Virus record (IMG/VR): IMGVR_UViG_3300010429_000387
Location: 256,001 to 320,000 of that record
Source of the DNA: a virus
Taxonomy: Duplodnaviria; Caudoviricetes
Direction: 5' to 3' (one strand)
DNA: 64,000 bases
Made by a program: the position numbers and the translations under genes. This document shows positions 63,119 through 64,000 of the stretch, piece after piece. The notes under the pieces were generated by a model. The model was not told where the DNA came from, did not search any database, and saw only the letters and a program-made list of their open reading frames with translations. Numbering within the stretch: the stretch's first letter is position 1; every line of letters begins with the position of its first letter.

Positions 63119-63474
63119 TGGTTGACCGCCATCGTATATTCGGGGACTACCTCCGAAAGGCCAGAGAGAAGAAGGGGGTGACCCTTTCGGCCCTTGCTCG
63201 CCTCCTCGGGTGCTCGGTACCCTATCTTTCAGACGTGGAGACCGGAAGACGGAACCCCCTGACCGAGAAGAAGCTGGTACAAACGGCTGAGTTCCTCGGA
63301 CTTCAGCCAGAGAGCCTCAAGATCAAGGCTGCCATGAGCCTTGGTCAGTTCAACCTGCCTGCTGGGTCCCCCAAGGCTGACCGCCTTGCCGTCAAACTAG
63401 CCAAGGCATGGCCGGACCTGGAAGAGGAAGACCTTCAGGCCATCGAGAAAATCATCGAGAAGGTTTCTGCGTGA
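63118..63474 (+). CDS. XRE-family HTH transcriptional regulator
   Basis: FG.YLRKAR...G.TL..LA..LG.S..YLS.VE.GRR.P. Confidence 0.88.
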   Translation: MVDRHRIFGDYLRKAREKKGVTLSALARLLGCSVPYLSDVETGRRNPLTEKKLVQTAEFLGLQPESLKIKAAMSLGQFNLPAGSPKADRLAVKLAKAWPDLEEEDLQAIEKIIEKVSA

Positions 63475-63965
63475 TTTGCATTGACCTTTCCCAGGTCGAG
63501 GCCCGAATAGACCTGGCACCTGCCTCGAAGGTGCCCTTGGTCATTCTTGGGTGTGGCCCGGAAGAGGTCTGGAAGCCGGGGCTCTTCAAGGTCCTGAAGG
63601 AGCCGACCCGAAGGTGGAGAGTTGCCTGCAACTTCACTGCGGGTGGAATGACTGACCTGCTTCGAGTGTCTGACGGTTGCTTCTCAGCTCACTCTTTCCC
63701 CGGAGCCCGAAGGGGCAATGCCCTGGTGTTCGACTTCACCCTCACGAAGATCGGGGACACCTGGGAAGACCTCATCCTGGACATCACCAACGTCAACGAA
63801 CCCCTGAACCTCTGGGGGCTTGGGGTCCGGATCGCTCTGGAGGCGAACTCACCTTCTGTCCGGTTGACGGCCAAGGGACTCAGCCGCCAGCTCAGAGACA
63901 TCACCTGGGAAGGCGCCACCATCCCGACCACCAGGTTCGACCGACTCGATTCCATGGATCTGTAG
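63471..63965 (+). CDS. Hypothetical protein with C-terminal TRFDRL tag
   Basis: GTGA coupling. Confidence 0.65.
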   Translation: MICIDLSQVEARIDLAPASKVPLVILGCGPEEVWKPGLFKVLKEPTRRWRVACNFTAGGMTDLLRVSDGCFSAHSFPGARRGNALVFDFTLTKIGDTWEDLILDITNVNEPLNLWGLGVRIALEANSPSVRLTAKGLSRQLRDITWEGATIPTTRFDRLDSMDL

Positions 63966-63970
63966 CCCTT

Positions 63971-63976
63971 GGTGTA
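63971..63976 (+). promoter_or_regulatory. GGTGTA promoter element 9 nt upstream of the ATG at 63986 (gene runs out of the window)
   Basis: Same spacing as at 16166, 24046 and 40506. Confidence 0.6.
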
Positions 63977-64000
63977 GATCCTTACATGGGCGATCCCCTA

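Noticed and set aside
6358-63965. RF tag as a DNA-level repeat or mobile element
   Set aside because: Synonymous codons and flanking sequence differ among copies; only the amino-acid pattern is shared.
1-64000. Stop-codon recoding, tRNA or rRNA genes
   Set aside because: Known enzymes are full length in code 11 and end in TAA, TAG or TGA. No cloverleaf or rRNA-like tract was seen by eye; a tRNA scan would be the decisive test.

Overview
This window is a segment of a large, GC-rich dsDNA bacteriophage genome, probably a jumbo phage. It uses genetic code 11 and is densely coded, mostly on the + strand. A myxobacterial-type host is only a weak guess. It carries a replication block: SNF2-type helicase, Zn-finger loader-like protein, intein-containing DnaB, stand-alone primase Zn finger and family-A DNA polymerase. 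It also carries nucleotide-metabolism genes (ThyA, DHFR, 5'-nucleotidase, MazG-like, dNMP kinase, NDT-Nudix fusion), RNase HII, Dam, an intein-containing ClpX, a DUF2997/DUF1257/Ycf46-type AAA+ triad, four peptidoglycan enzymes, two zincin proteins and many small hypotheticals. All product calls come from motifs recognised by eye; no database search was run. Five unexplained signals stand out. (1) A short peptide tag, [TSDN]-R-F-x-[RKH]-[ILV]-[LVF] usually followed by acidic residues, sits on at least 11 unrelated proteins, mostly at their C-termini, and is written with different codons, suggesting a phage-wide docking or degradation address system. (2) A second, mostly N-terminal V-x-x-R-[FY] tag marks a different, probably virion-packaged set. 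(3) A four-gene cassette, NrtR-vWA-divergent PurA-like ligase-pseudokinase, has its promoter flanked by two perfect GT-N7-AC operators, suggesting an ADP-ribose-triggered response. (4) There are at least two phage promoter classes, GGTGTA and TTGAAA-N15-CGTTGTA-N5-ATG, many driving leaderless or near-leaderless mRNAs. (5) There is a candidate structured ncRNA near 49.8-49.9 kb. I saw no tRNA, rRNA or CRISPR array.
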